Positions 1 to 8,510 of a stretch of 32,000 nt of DNA are shown one piece after another. A program made the translations under genes and the position numbers. Source of the stretch: Candidatus Jordarchaeales archaeon. Lineage in GTDB: Archaea; Asgardarchaeota; Jordiarchaeia; Jordiarchaeales; Freyrarchaeaceae. Where the stretch lies: contig JAWCFL010000002.1 of the NCBI GenBank assembly GCA_038858525.1, forward strand, positions 59,987 through 91,986, in the 5' to 3' direction. The number at the start of each line of letters is the position of its first letter. Position 1 is the first letter of the stretch. The notes beneath the pieces were generated by a model. It was not told the origin of the DNA and searched no databases. It was given only the letters and a program-made list of their open reading frames with translations.

Positions 1-17
1 GGAGAAAAGGGTGTTAA

Positions 18-434
18 ATGATGAGTAGCGGGAAGGCTGAAGAGAAAAAGAAGGCAAAGTGGGGTATCGCCCACATTTATAGCTCATTCAATGATACTAT
101 AATTACCATAACTGATCTAACAGGAGCCGAGACAATAGCCAGATATAGTGGAGGAATGATCGTTAAAGCCGACCGAGAGGAGTCCTCACCCTACGCCGCA
201 ATGCAGGCAGCTTTCAGAGCGGCTAGAGAGGCTATGGAGAAGGGTATCGTCGGGATTAACATTAAGGTAAGGGCTCCCGGTGGCCACGGCCCAAAGACCC
301 CTGGGCCAGGGGCGCAAGCGGCGATCAGGGCGCTGGCCAGAGCAGGGCTAAGAATAGGGAGAATAGAAGAGGTAACGCCTATTCCTCACGACGGAACCCG
401 GCAACCCGGTGGGAGAAGAGGACGTAGAGTGTAA
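18..434 (+). CDS. rps11: 30S ribosomal protein uS11
   Basis: [49 protein letters not shown] and C-terminal [15 protein letters not shown] are typical archaeal S11; lies directly before rpoD. Confidence 0.98.
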   Translation: MMSSGKAEEKKKAKWGIAHIYSSFNDTIITITDLTGAETIARYSGGMIVKADREESSPYAAMQAAFRAAREAMEKGIVGINIKVRAPGGHGPKTPGPGAQAAIRALARAGLRIGRIEEVTPIPHDGTRQPGGRRGRRV

Positions 435-462
435 TTCCCCTTTTTATACTGGTGGTGATTCA

Positions 463-1281
463 TTGAACGTTAAGATAATTAGGCTAGAAGGAAACGAGTT
501 TCGCTTCATTTTGGAAGGAGTGGACGTTTCCGTGGCTAATGCGCTTCGCAGAGTAATGCTAGCGGAAGTCCCGTCAATGGCTATTGATGAGGTGATAATA
601 ATCGAGAACACCTCCCCTGTTTTTGATGAAATGCTGGCACATAGGTTAGGACTTATTCCGCTTGTAACAGATCTGGAAAGCTACGTTTTACCTGAGGAGT
701 GTGACTGTAAAGGGGAGGGGTGCATTAAGTGCACTTTGACGCTTACTTTGGAGAAAGAGGCGGAGGAGGAGGGGGTGATCGTCTATTCAAGTGACCTGCA
801 GTCTCAGGACCCTGTTGTGCGACCAGTTAGTGACAAAATACCTATCGCGAAGATGGCTAGAGGTCAAAGAATAGTTTTAGAGGCACACGCTAAGTTGGGA
901 AAGGGTAAGGTTCATGCTAAGTGGCAGCCGGTTTCAACTTGCGCATACAAGTATATGCCAATTCTAGAGATCAACCAAGAAAAGTGTCTTCGATGCGGAG
1001 ACTGCGTATCCTTTTGTCCGAAGAAGGTTCTGGCGATTGAGGGGGAAAAGCTGGTCGTAAAAAATATTTTTGATTGTTCATTGTGTAAGTCATGTGAGGA
1101 GAGCTGCCGCTTTGACGCTATAAAGGTGTCTTGGGATGACAAGTCTTTCATCTTCAACGTTGAATCTACGGGGGCACTTCCACCTAGCGATATAGTTCGT
1201 GTGGCGATTAACATACTTTTAAGGAAGCTTTCCGATTTAGAGGAAGGCTTATCTATAGCAGTTAAGGAGGAAGCGCATTGA
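463..1281 (+). CDS. rpoD: RNA polymerase subunit D (Rpo3) with ferredoxin-like 2x[4Fe-4S] insert
   Basis: [35 protein letters not shown]; insert carries [12 protein letters not shown] and [11 protein letters not shown]. Start moved from 409 to TTG 463, which follows SD GGTGGTGA at 451-458. Confidence 0.97.
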   Translation: MNVKIIRLEGNEFRFILEGVDVSVANALRRVMLAEVPSMAIDEVIIIENTSPVFDEMLAHRLGLIPLVTDLESYVLPEECDCKGEGCIKCTLTLTLEKEAEEEGVIVYSSDLQSQDPVVRPVSDKIPIAKMARGQRIVLEAHAKLGKGKVHAKWQPVSTCAYKYMPILEINQEKCLRCGDCVSFCPKKVLAIEGEKLVVKNIFDCSLCKSCEESCRFDAIKVSWDDKSFIFNVESTGALPPSDIVRVAINILLRKLSDLEEGLSIAVKEEAH

Positions 1282-1640
1282 AGGTTACCGGTCCAACCGA
1301 CCCTAACGTTAGAAGACTGATAGTCGCCCTCGAAAAAATGGCGAAGGCTGAGAGGGCGAAAATATGGAAGGACATATCTGAAAGACTGAAGAAGCCTAGA
1401 CGAAACAGGGTAGCAGTTAACCTTTCAAGGATAAACAGGTGTACGAAAGATGGGGATACCGTAGTTGTCCCCGGTAAAGTGCTTGGGTCAGGATTTCTTA
1501 GTCACAAGCTCTGTATAGCGGCCCTATCGTTTTCTGAAGCTGCTATAGAGAAAACGAGAAGTGCTGGAGGAGAATGTATATCGATTAGCGAGCTCATGAA
1601 GAGGAACCCTAAGGGCAGCGATGTTAAAATAATTACTTGA
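1278..1640 (+). CDS. rpl18e: 50S ribosomal protein eL18
   Basis: [37 protein letters not shown]; TTG start overlaps rpoD stop. Confidence 0.97.
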   Translation: MKVTGPTDPNVRRLIVALEKMAKAERAKIWKDISERLKKPRRNRVAVNLSRINRCTKDGDTVVVPGKVLGSGFLSHKLCIAALSFSEAAIEKTRSAGGECISISELMKRNPKGSDVKIIT

Positions 1641-1654
1641 AAAGGTGATGAGGC

Positions 1655-2098
1655 ATGGAAGACTCCATCGTTATCGATGCAACTGACCTAGTTCTTGGTA
1701 GAATGGCCAGTGTTGTAGCGAAGCATCTTCTTAACGGAGAACGTGTCACTATAATAAACGCCGAAAAGGCGGTGGTGACGGGAAATCCAAGATTTATTAA
1801 AGAAAAATATAAAAAGTTCCTTCAGATAAGGACGATTACCGCTCCATGGAAGGGGCCAATACACTACAGGAGACCTGACAGGCTAGTTAGACGGACGATC
1901 AGAGGCATGTTACCATGGAAGAAGGCGCGAGGAAGGGAGGCATATAAGCGGTTAAGAGTATACATAGGCATTCCTGAGTTCCTTTCAGGAGTTAACGCAC
2001 AGACAATACCAGACGCGCATATAAGCGGTAAGGTTAACGCGAAATTTGTTCGTGTTGAGGATATCTCTCGTGAGGTAGGCTGGAGCATGCGGAGGTAG
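1655..2098 (+). CDS. rpl13: 50S ribosomal protein uL13
   Basis: IDATDLVLGRMASVVAK, INAEKAVVTG, RRTIRGMLPWKKARGREA. Confidence 0.97.
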   Translation: MEDSIVIDATDLVLGRMASVVAKHLLNGERVTIINAEKAVVTGNPRFIKEKYKKFLQIRTITAPWKGPIHYRRPDRLVRRTIRGMLPWKKARGREAYKRLRVYIGIPEFLSGVNAQTIPDAHISGKVNAKFVRVEDISREVGWSMRR

Positions 2099-2526
2099 TG
2101 ATCTTGAGCAAAACTAGAAAGCCCCAAGCTAAAGTTGTCGTTACAAGCGGTAAGAGGAAGACGGCAATTGCTAGGGCCATCGTGAGGCCGGGAGAAGGAA
2201 GAGTAAGAATAAACAGGATTCCATTGCCACTCATTAAGCCAGACGTCGTCCGGCTGAAAATTTCCGAGCCGCTCATACTGGCACGTGAAGTAGCTGAGGG
2301 AGTCGATATAGATGTTGACGTTAGGGGCGGGGGCTTTATGGGGCAGGCGGAGGCTGCACGGACAGCCATCGCTAGAGGGCTCTTAGAGTATTCAGGTAAC
2401 CTTCAACTCAGGGAGCTAATGATGGATTATGACGCAAAAATCTTCGTTTCTGACCCAAGGAGGAAGGAGCCCAAGAAGTTTGGAGGGCGCGGAGCGAGAG
2501 CCAGAAGACAGAAGAGTTATAGGTAA
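2098..2526 (+). CDS. rps9: 30S ribosomal protein uS9
   Basis: SGKRKTAIARA, VRGGGFMGQAEAARTAIARGL, C-terminal KKFGGRGARARRQKSYR. Confidence 0.98.
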   Translation: MILSKTRKPQAKVVVTSGKRKTAIARAIVRPGEGRVRINRIPLPLIKPDVVRLKISEPLILAREVAEGVDIDVDVRGGGFMGQAEAARTAIARGLLEYSGNLQLRELMMDYDAKIFVSDPRRKEPKKFGGRGARARRQKSYR

Positions 2527-2556
2527 GAACTATCATGTTTATTGGAGGTCTTGAAG

Positions 2557-2778
2557 TTGATAATACCTATTAGGTGCTTCACTTGTGGCGCACTTATCGC
2601 AGATAAATGGGAGGAGTACGCTAGGAGAGTGCGTCAAGGAGAAGAGCCTAAGGCTATCCTTGACAGCATGGGTTTAAAGAGGTACTGCTGCAGACGAATG
2701 CTTCTAAGTCACACCGACCTGATAGACGACATACTTCCATTCTCGCAAAAAATAAGAAAGGAGGAAGAAGTTTTTTAG
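2557..2778 (+). CDS. rpoN: RNA polymerase subunit N (Rpo10)
   Basis: [10 protein letters not shown] and [11 protein letters not shown] zinc motifs; start set at TTG 2557, 7 nt after SD GGAGGT (2544-2549). Confidence 0.97.
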   Translation: MIIPIRCFTCGALIADKWEEYARRVRQGEEPKAILDSMGLKRYCCRRMLLSHTDLIDDILPFSQKIRKEEEVF

Positions 2779-2790
2779 AGGTGTTCCGAG

Positions 2791-3402
2791 ATGAGTGAGG
2801 CTGAGCTCCTAACGCAGCTTGACAAGTATCTCGCAGCGGGAATCCACATAGGAACACAAGTTAAAACTCAGTCTATGCTCCCATTTATATATAGAGTTCG
2901 CTCAGATGGACTCTACGTTCTCGATGTGAGAAAAACTGATGAAAGGATTAGGATAGCGGCACGCTTCCTCTCCCGCTTTGAACCCTCAAAAATCCTGGTT
3001 GTTTCAACTAGGACGTATGGGCAGAAGCCGGCTAAAAAGTTTGCAGAGGTAACTAGGGCGAGAGTAGTGACAGGCCGCTTTATACCTGGAACACTCACCA
3101 ACCCTAGTCTTCCGAACTACGTGGATGTGGATGTTGTAGTCGTTACAGACCCTAGGACGGATGCCCAAGCACTCATAGAGGCAGAGAAGGCAGGTATACC
3201 AACGGTAGCTCTTTGCGACACTGATAATTCAACGTCAAAAGTTGATTTATGCATACCGACAAACAATAAGGGAAGAAGAGCGCTTTCCTTAATCTATTGG
3301 TTGCTGGCGAGGCAGGTTTTGAGGGAAAGAGGCGAACTACCAGAGGGAGGCGAGCTCCAAGTATCGATCGAGGATTTTGAGGCAAAGGTTAAAGTTCAAT
3401 AA
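2791..3402 (+). CDS. rps2: 30S ribosomal protein uS2
   Basis: [50 protein letters not shown]. Confidence 0.98.
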   Translation: MSEAELLTQLDKYLAAGIHIGTQVKTQSMLPFIYRVRSDGLYVLDVRKTDERIRIAARFLSRFEPSKILVVSTRTYGQKPAKKFAEVTRARVVTGRFIPGTLTNPSLPNYVDVDVVVVTDPRTDAQALIEAEKAGIPTVALCDTDNSTSKVDLCIPTNNKGRRALSLIYWLLARQVLRERGELPEGGELQVSIEDFEAKVKVQ

Positions 3403-3416
3403 ACTTGGTGGTAGTT

Positions 3417-4386
3417 ATGGTTATCGCATCTGCGCCTGGTAAAGTGATATTATTTCGGTGAGCATGCTGTTGTTTATGGGGAGCCGGCAGTTGTAGTTGC
3501 TGTTAATAAGCGAGCATTCGCAGAAGCACTACCGCTCTCAGGCAATAAGATCCGTATTTTCTCCCGCGAATACCAGTCGCGAGTTGAATTCGCATTAGAT
3601 AAGGAGCCCACGCAAATCGGAAATTTCAAGCCAATCTGGACAATTATTTCTCGCCTAAAAGAAGATTATGGGTTGAGCTATGGTTTTGAGTTGAAAATTT
3701 GGTCGGAAATTCCCCCGGGAGCCGGCATGGGATCATCCGCCGCTGTTGCTGTAGCGGCAACCGTAGCCATAAGTTCGCTTCAAGGAATAACTCTCTCAAA
3801 GAGAGAAGTTTACGATATTTCATTTGAAGCTGAAAAGGACGTGCACGGAACACCGTCAGGTGTAGACAACGCCATAGCTACGCATGGGTCTGCCATTATT
3901 TTTAGGCGTGGACAAGTAAAGAGGATTAAGTTGGACGGCGATGTGCCCCTTGTGGTGGGAGACACTGGCGTTAGACGGAACACTGGAGAGTGGGTTGCAA
4001 AGGTGCGTGAGAGGAGGGAAAAGTGTAAGGAAACGGTTGACCCCATAATAAGGCTTATAGGTAAGATATCGATGAGGGGATTGCAACTTTTAAGGAAAGG
4101 GTGCCTTAGAGAGCTAGGAGAGCTAATGGACATAAATCAGGGCCTTCTCGACGCTTTAGGAGTCTCAACGCTAGCTTTAAGCAACCTGATATTTGCAGCT
4201 AGAGGAGCCGGAGCTTATGGAGCTAAGCTAACAGGCGCTGGAGGAGGAGGATGCATGATCGCGTTGACGTCAAGGGATAAAAGCAGTGTTGTGGCTGGCG
4301 CGATAAGAGACGCAGGTGGGACCCCAATAATAACCGGGGTCTCTATGGAGGGAGTTAAGATCGAAACAGAATTTAAAGAGGCGTAG
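3417..4386 (+). pseudogene. mvk: Mevalonate kinase with a single +1 frameshift (real lesion or sequencing error)
   Basis: ATG 3417 gives MVIASAPGKVIL, then TTT CGG TGA. Removing one T from 3453-3455 gives FGEHAVVYGEPA, which continues without a stop into the ORF with PPGAGMGSSAA, HGTPSGVD and KLTGAGGGGC (GHMP kinase motifs). Confidence 0.93.
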
Positions 4387-4399
4387 CGGCGAGGTGGCC

Positions 4400-5194
4400 A
4401 TGCTGAAACCAATTATACTAAAGATTGGCGGAAGTGTGGTGACGGATAAGAGCAAGCCCTTCTCAGCAAGGAAAAGAATTGTAAAGCGTATTTCTGGAGA
4501 GGTCGCTACCGCCATCCGATCTGGATGCCCACCCCTAGTCATAGTTCATGGTGGAGGCTCTTTCGGTCACCCAATAGCCCAAAAACACGGCATTCATAAA
4601 GGATTTAGAGAAAAAACTCAACTTATAGGGTTCGTGGAGACTGTTCAGGTAATGCGAAGGCTTAGCGACATTATTGCGGAGAGCCTTCAAGCGTCAGGTG
4701 TTCCAGCGTTACCTCTGCAGCCGTCAGCAATCACCCTACAGAAAGGGGGACGGATTGCCACCATGTTTTCTAGAAGCGTTGAAGAAGCATTAAAGATGGG
4801 ACTTATTCCAGTCCTATGGGGCGACGCTGTTCTAGATGAAGAGAAAGGTTTCTCTATACTTTCAGGTGACCAAATAGTTTCACATCTATCGGCGCTCTTA
4901 TCCCCATCAAGAGTAGTATTCGGCACGGACGTTGACGGCATATACCCCTCAGACCCGAAGAAAGGTGAAGCTAAACCATTCAGAGAGCTAACGCGCGCCG
5001 AGCTTGAAAAAATAACTATTCAGTCCGGTGAGTCGGGTGGAATAGACGTTACTGGCGGGATGAAGGGGAAACTGCAGGAGATCATCGCTATAACGTCCAT
5101 GGGAGTTGAAGTTATCGTGATGAATGCAATGAAGGCTGGGAATGTGTTACGGGCGCTCTCAGGCGGAAAAGTTGGAACGCTTGTAAAGCCATAA
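4400..5194 (+). CDS. ipk: Isopentenyl phosphate kinase (amino-acid kinase family)
   Basis: ILKIGGSVVTDK, VHGGGSFGHP, ILSGDQIV, DVTGGMKGK; sits between mvk and fni; ATG 4400 follows SD GAGGTG. Confidence 0.92.
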   Translation: MLKPIILKIGGSVVTDKSKPFSARKRIVKRISGEVATAIRSGCPPLVIVHGGGSFGHPIAQKHGIHKGFREKTQLIGFVETVQVMRRLSDIIAESLQASGVPALPLQPSAITLQKGGRIATMFSRSVEEALKMGLIPVLWGDAVLDEEKGFSILSGDQIVSHLSALLSPSRVVFGTDVDGIYPSDPKKGEAKPFRELTRAELEKITIQSGESGGIDVTGGMKGKLQEIIAITSMGVEVIVMNAMKAGNVLRALSGGKVGTLVKP

Positions 5195-5210
5195 AGGGAT
5201 GTGGTGATGT

Positions 5211-6338
5211 TTGGGTCACATTGCGAAGACCAAGGAGAGAAAAATGGAGCACATCGAAATTTGTCTTAGGGAGAATGTCCAGTTTTCTAAGCCAGCAGGA
5301 TTTGAAGATGTTGAGTTCGTTCACTGCGCAATTCCCGAAGTTAATCTTGACGAAGTAAGTTTGGAGACAAGCCTCTTCAATAAAAAGCTAAAGGCGCCAA
5401 TAATAATTGCTGCCATGACGGGGGGAACACGTAAGGGAGGAGAAATTAACGCCTTCCTAGCAACGCTCGCCGAGGAGTTTGGAGTAGGAATAGGAGTTGG
5501 GTCACAAAGGGCCGCTATAGAAGACGCAAGTCTGAGAGAGACTTTCTCCGTGGTGAGGGAAAAGGCGCCAACAACCCTTAAGATTGCTAACATAGGCGCC
5601 CCACAACTGGTTAAAGGATATAGCGTAAAAGAACTCGAGAAGATAGTTTCTATGATAGAAGCTGACGTTTTAGCAGTACACCTAAACACGCTTCAGGAAG
5701 CCATCCAGCCCGAGGGAGAGACGATCTTTCGAGGGGTCCTGGAACGCTTAAAGCATATTGCCGAGGCGCTTGGCGTTCCAGTCATGGTTAAGGAAACTGG
5801 TTGTGGAGTGGCGCTAGAGGAAGCAATCCTCTTAGAAGAGGCGGGTGTGAAAGCAATAGACGTTGGCGGTGCGGGTGGAACTAGCTGGTCTGCTGTAGAG
5901 CATTTCAGAAGGAGAAGTGAGGATCAGTTGGGGAAAACTTTTTGGGATTGGGGGATACCGACGGTTGTTACCACCGTTGAGGTCGCTTCAGCCACAAACC
6001 TTAAGGTCATAGCGACGGGAGGCGTGAGAAGCGGCATTCACGTGGCTAAGGCGATTGCAGTCGGCGCCAGTGCGGCAGGAATCGCTTATCCATTCCTCGA
6101 ACCCGCTTATAGGAGAGATTATCATAAGGGGCGTAGCTTAATGGAGAAGCTCATTAAAGAGCTGAAGGTGACAATGTTCCTAACTGGATCAAGGAGGGTT
6201 GACGACCTCAAGCGGGCACGAGTAGTGATAACTGGAAGAACCGCCGAGTGGTTAAAGCTACGCGGCGTGGACACCGCGCTCTTCGCTAAAGGCGAAAGAC
6301 CTACCTTAAAAATGACCGGTAAACCAAAAGCTTCATAA
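5211..6338 (+). CDS. fni: Type 2 isopentenyl-diphosphate delta-isomerase (FMN-dependent)
   Basis: RKMEHIEICL, AAMTGG, GVGSQRAA, HLNTLQEAIQPEG, VKETGCG, GAGGTSW, FWDWGIPT. Confidence 0.96.
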   Translation: MGHIAKTKERKMEHIEICLRENVQFSKPAGFEDVEFVHCAIPEVNLDEVSLETSLFNKKLKAPIIIAAMTGGTRKGGEINAFLATLAEEFGVGIGVGSQRAAIEDASLRETFSVVREKAPTTLKIANIGAPQLVKGYSVKELEKIVSMIEADVLAVHLNTLQEAIQPEGETIFRGVLERLKHIAEALGVPVMVKETGCGVALEEAILLEEAGVKAIDVGGAGGTSWSAVEHFRRRSEDQLGKTFWDWGIPTVVTTVEVASATNLKVIATGGVRSGIHVAKAIAVGASAAGIAYPFLEPAYRRDYHKGRSLMEKLIKELKVTMFLTGSRRVDDLKRARVVITGRTAEWLKLRGVDTALFAKGERPTLKMTGKPKAS

Positions 6339-6355
6339 GGGAATGAGAGCTTTTT

Positions 6356-6396
6356 CATCCTAAACCCTTATGAGGGCTGAGCCTGAAGGAGGGATG
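6356..6396 (+). promoter_or_regulatory. Kink-turn in rpl7ae 5' leader overlapping the Shine-Dalgarno (L7Ae autoregulatory site)
   Basis: C-stem CCU(6366-68)/AGG(6387-89); bulge UAU(6369-71); tandem G6372.A6386 and A6373.G6385; then G.U, G-C, G-C, C-G with UGA loop; outer CAUCC/GGAUG helix. SD AGGAGG is at 6387-6392. Confidence 0.75.
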
Positions 6397-6401
6397 GCTC
6401 G

Positions 6402-6770
6402 TTGTCGAAGCCACATGTTAGGTTTAAAACACCAAGCGAGATAGCGTCAAAGGCCCTTGAATGTCTTGAAATAGCTCGCGACACAGGAAAAATAAAGAGA
6501 GGAACAAACGAGACGACGAAAGCTGTTGAGAGAGGTATAGCAAAGCTGGTTCTCATAGCAGAGAACGTTGACCCGCCAGAAGTCATAATGCACCTCCCGC
6601 TATTATGCGAAGAAAAAGAGATCCCATACGTCTACATCCCAAACAAGGAAGACTTAGGAGCGGCAGCCGGGATAGACAGGCCAGCGGCCGCAGCATGCAT
6701 CATAGAACCAGGGCAAGCAGAACAACTGGTAAGAGACATAGCAGGGAAAATAGCCGAAATCAAAAAATAA
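6402..6770 (+). CDS. rpl7ae: Ribosomal protein eL8/L7Ae (K-turn-binding protein)
   Basis: [49 protein letters not shown]. Confidence 0.98.
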   Translation: MSKPHVRFKTPSEIASKALECLEIARDTGKIKRGTNETTKAVERGIAKLVLIAENVDPPEVIMHLPLLCEEKEIPYVYIPNKEDLGAAAGIDRPAAAACIIEPGQAEQLVRDIAGKIAEIKK

Positions 6771-6794
6771 AGGGGTTCTCAGGGCACCAGCAAG

Positions 6795-8387
6795 TTACAG
6801 TCCTTTAGAAACGTAAACCCCGTCTTTCTCGTAACCGTACTTGTAGTAATATTCCTTTACTCCTAAGCCTGAAAGCACAAGAATTTTCTTTGCGTCACAC
6901 TCCTCTCTAGCAATCCTTTCTGCATCTGCTAAGAGGCGTTCACCGTACCCTTTATGTTGCCAAGCGTCTTCGAGATGTTCGCCTACAGGCACTAGTGGAC
7001 CGTAGACGCGAAGTTCCCTAATTATCACTGAGCACTTTTCAGACACTTCTGGCCTATGAGCTTTCTCTGAGGGAGCTCTCATTCTGATAAAGCCTACAAG
7101 AGCGCGTCGATCCTCAGTCTCATACGAGATGAAGTAATCTTCCCCTTCGGAGGCGTTATACTTTTCAACGTGAAGCTTTATTTCGTCAGGTGATGGGGGA
7201 GTGCCGCCTTTGCGCATGTAGCGTCCGATCTCTCTGCAACGTATGCATCGGCAATTGGAACCTTCAGACTCAAGCTTTTTCAGAACAAGCTCTCTGAGGT
7301 TGCTTTTCTTAACCCCCGCAACTATTAGTCTGGCGGGTATGTCTCTCTGTATTCGCTGAATTCGAACCCAGTAAGGAATCATCTTCTTTGCCTGAGCAAT
7401 TACTTCAACGACGTTTTCTAGCGGGTAAGGTTCATACTCGCCTCTCTTATACATATCGTAAAGCTTTGTTCCTTCCAAAACGAGGCAGGGATATATTTTC
7501 AGGCTGTCAGGTTTGAACCTAGGATCATAAAAAATTGTCCTGAAAATCTCAATATCACGCTCGGGCGTGGAACCCGGCAGGTTTGGCATGATGTGAGCTG
7601 TGACCTTTAACCCTGCATCCTTCGCAACCCTGAAGGCCTCGACGACGTCGTCTACACTGTGCCCTCTTCGAATCAGAGAGTAGATCTCGTCATAAACGGT
7701 TTGAACGCCAAGCTCAACCTTCGTCGCCCCCAGCTGCAACATTCTATCTACATGATGTTCTTTGCAGTAATCAGGTCTGGTTTCTATAGTTATTCCCACA
7801 TTTCTTATTTTGGACTTCTCCGCCAGCTCCTTTGCCTCATCCAAACTAGATGATGTGACTCCGGTAATAGCGTCTAGGCACCGTTTCACGAAGAAGTCCT
7901 GGAAGGCTTCGGAGGATGCGAGGAAAGTGCCTCCCATAATTACAAGTTTAACTTTTCCCCCCTCAACCTTGTGGCCCATTCTCTTGAATTGCTCCAAGCG
8001 AGATTTGACCTGTAAAAATGGATCGTAGTAGTTCTCCGTGGCGCGTAGGGTTGCCGGCTCATGCCCGGTATAGGACTTAGGGGAGGAAACACCGCCAGGG
8101 CAATAAATGCATTCCCCGGGACAGGGAAGAGGAGGAGTCATAACAGCGACAACAAGTATGCCTGAAAGAGACCTACTACTTTTCTTGCGTAGAACGTGAA
8201 CAAGCTTCTCTTTTTCAGAGGAGGAGGCGTAACTCATGATTTTTACGTTGCTCGGAACAAATTTTAACCCGTAACGGCTACATACTAGCCGCTTAGCCTC
8301 TTCGATTCGCCTACCTTCAAGTAGCAGTCTGATAATTTCTCTGCAAACTTCTTTCTCTAAGTCGGCCTCCCGCTCTGCAATAATCAT
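6795..8387 (-). CDS. elp3: Elongator protein 3 (radical SAM + GNAT tRNA U34 carboxymethyltransferase)
   Basis: VAVMTPP, CPGECIYC, SPKSYTGHEPA, IMGGTF, ETRPD, RIQRDIP, CRCIRCRE, WQHKGYG; start set at ATG 8387 after GGGTGG. Confidence 0.95.
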   Translation of the reverse strand: MIIAEREADLEKEVCREIIRLLLEGRRIEEAKRLVCSRYGLKFVPSNVKIMSYASSSEKEKLVHVLRKKSSRSLSGILVVAVMTPPLPCPGECIYCPGGVSSPKSYTGHEPATLRATENYYDPFLQVKSRLEQFKRMGHKVEGGKVKLVIMGGTFLASSEAFQDFFVKRCLDAITGVTSSSLDEAKELAEKSKIRNVGITIETRPDYCKEHHVDRMLQLGATKVELGVQTVYDEIYSLIRRGHSVDDVVEAFRVAKDAGLKVTAHIMPNLPGSTPERDIEIFRTIFYDPRFKPDSLKIYPCLVLEGTKLYDMYKRGEYEPYPLENVVEVIAQAKKMIPYWVRIQRIQRDIPARLIVAGVKKSNLRELVLKKLESEGSNCRCIRCREIGRYMRKGGTPPSPDEIKLHVEKYNASEGEDYFISYETEDRRALVGFIRMRAPSEKAHRPEVSEKCSVIIRELRVYGPLVPVGEHLEDAWQHKGYGERLLADAERIAREECDAKKILVLSGLGVKEYYYKYGYEKDGVYVSKGL

Positions 8388-8510
8388 TCTTGTCCACCCT
8401 TTCTCTGAGATTCTCACTTGTCAAGGGTAAGGATAAAAAGATTTTTAGAAGATTAGCGAAACGTGGAAAGGTGGAGATGTGAGCTAGCCCACAAAAATGA
8501 GGTGAGCTTG

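Noticed and set aside
409-462. N-terminal extensions given by the ORF track (rpoD from 409; also lysW from 23572, gatE from 8463, scpA from 18735)
   Set aside because: They overlap upstream genes or promoters and lack family similarity; SD-linked downstream starts fit better
2779-2790. tRNA, rpoK or enolase expected between rpoN and rps2
   Set aside because: The gap is only 12 nt; these genes are simply absent here, a common operon variant
3450-3461. Intron or programmed frameshift explaining the mvk lesion
   Set aside because: Only one extra base, with no hairpin, BHB or slippery heptamer nearby
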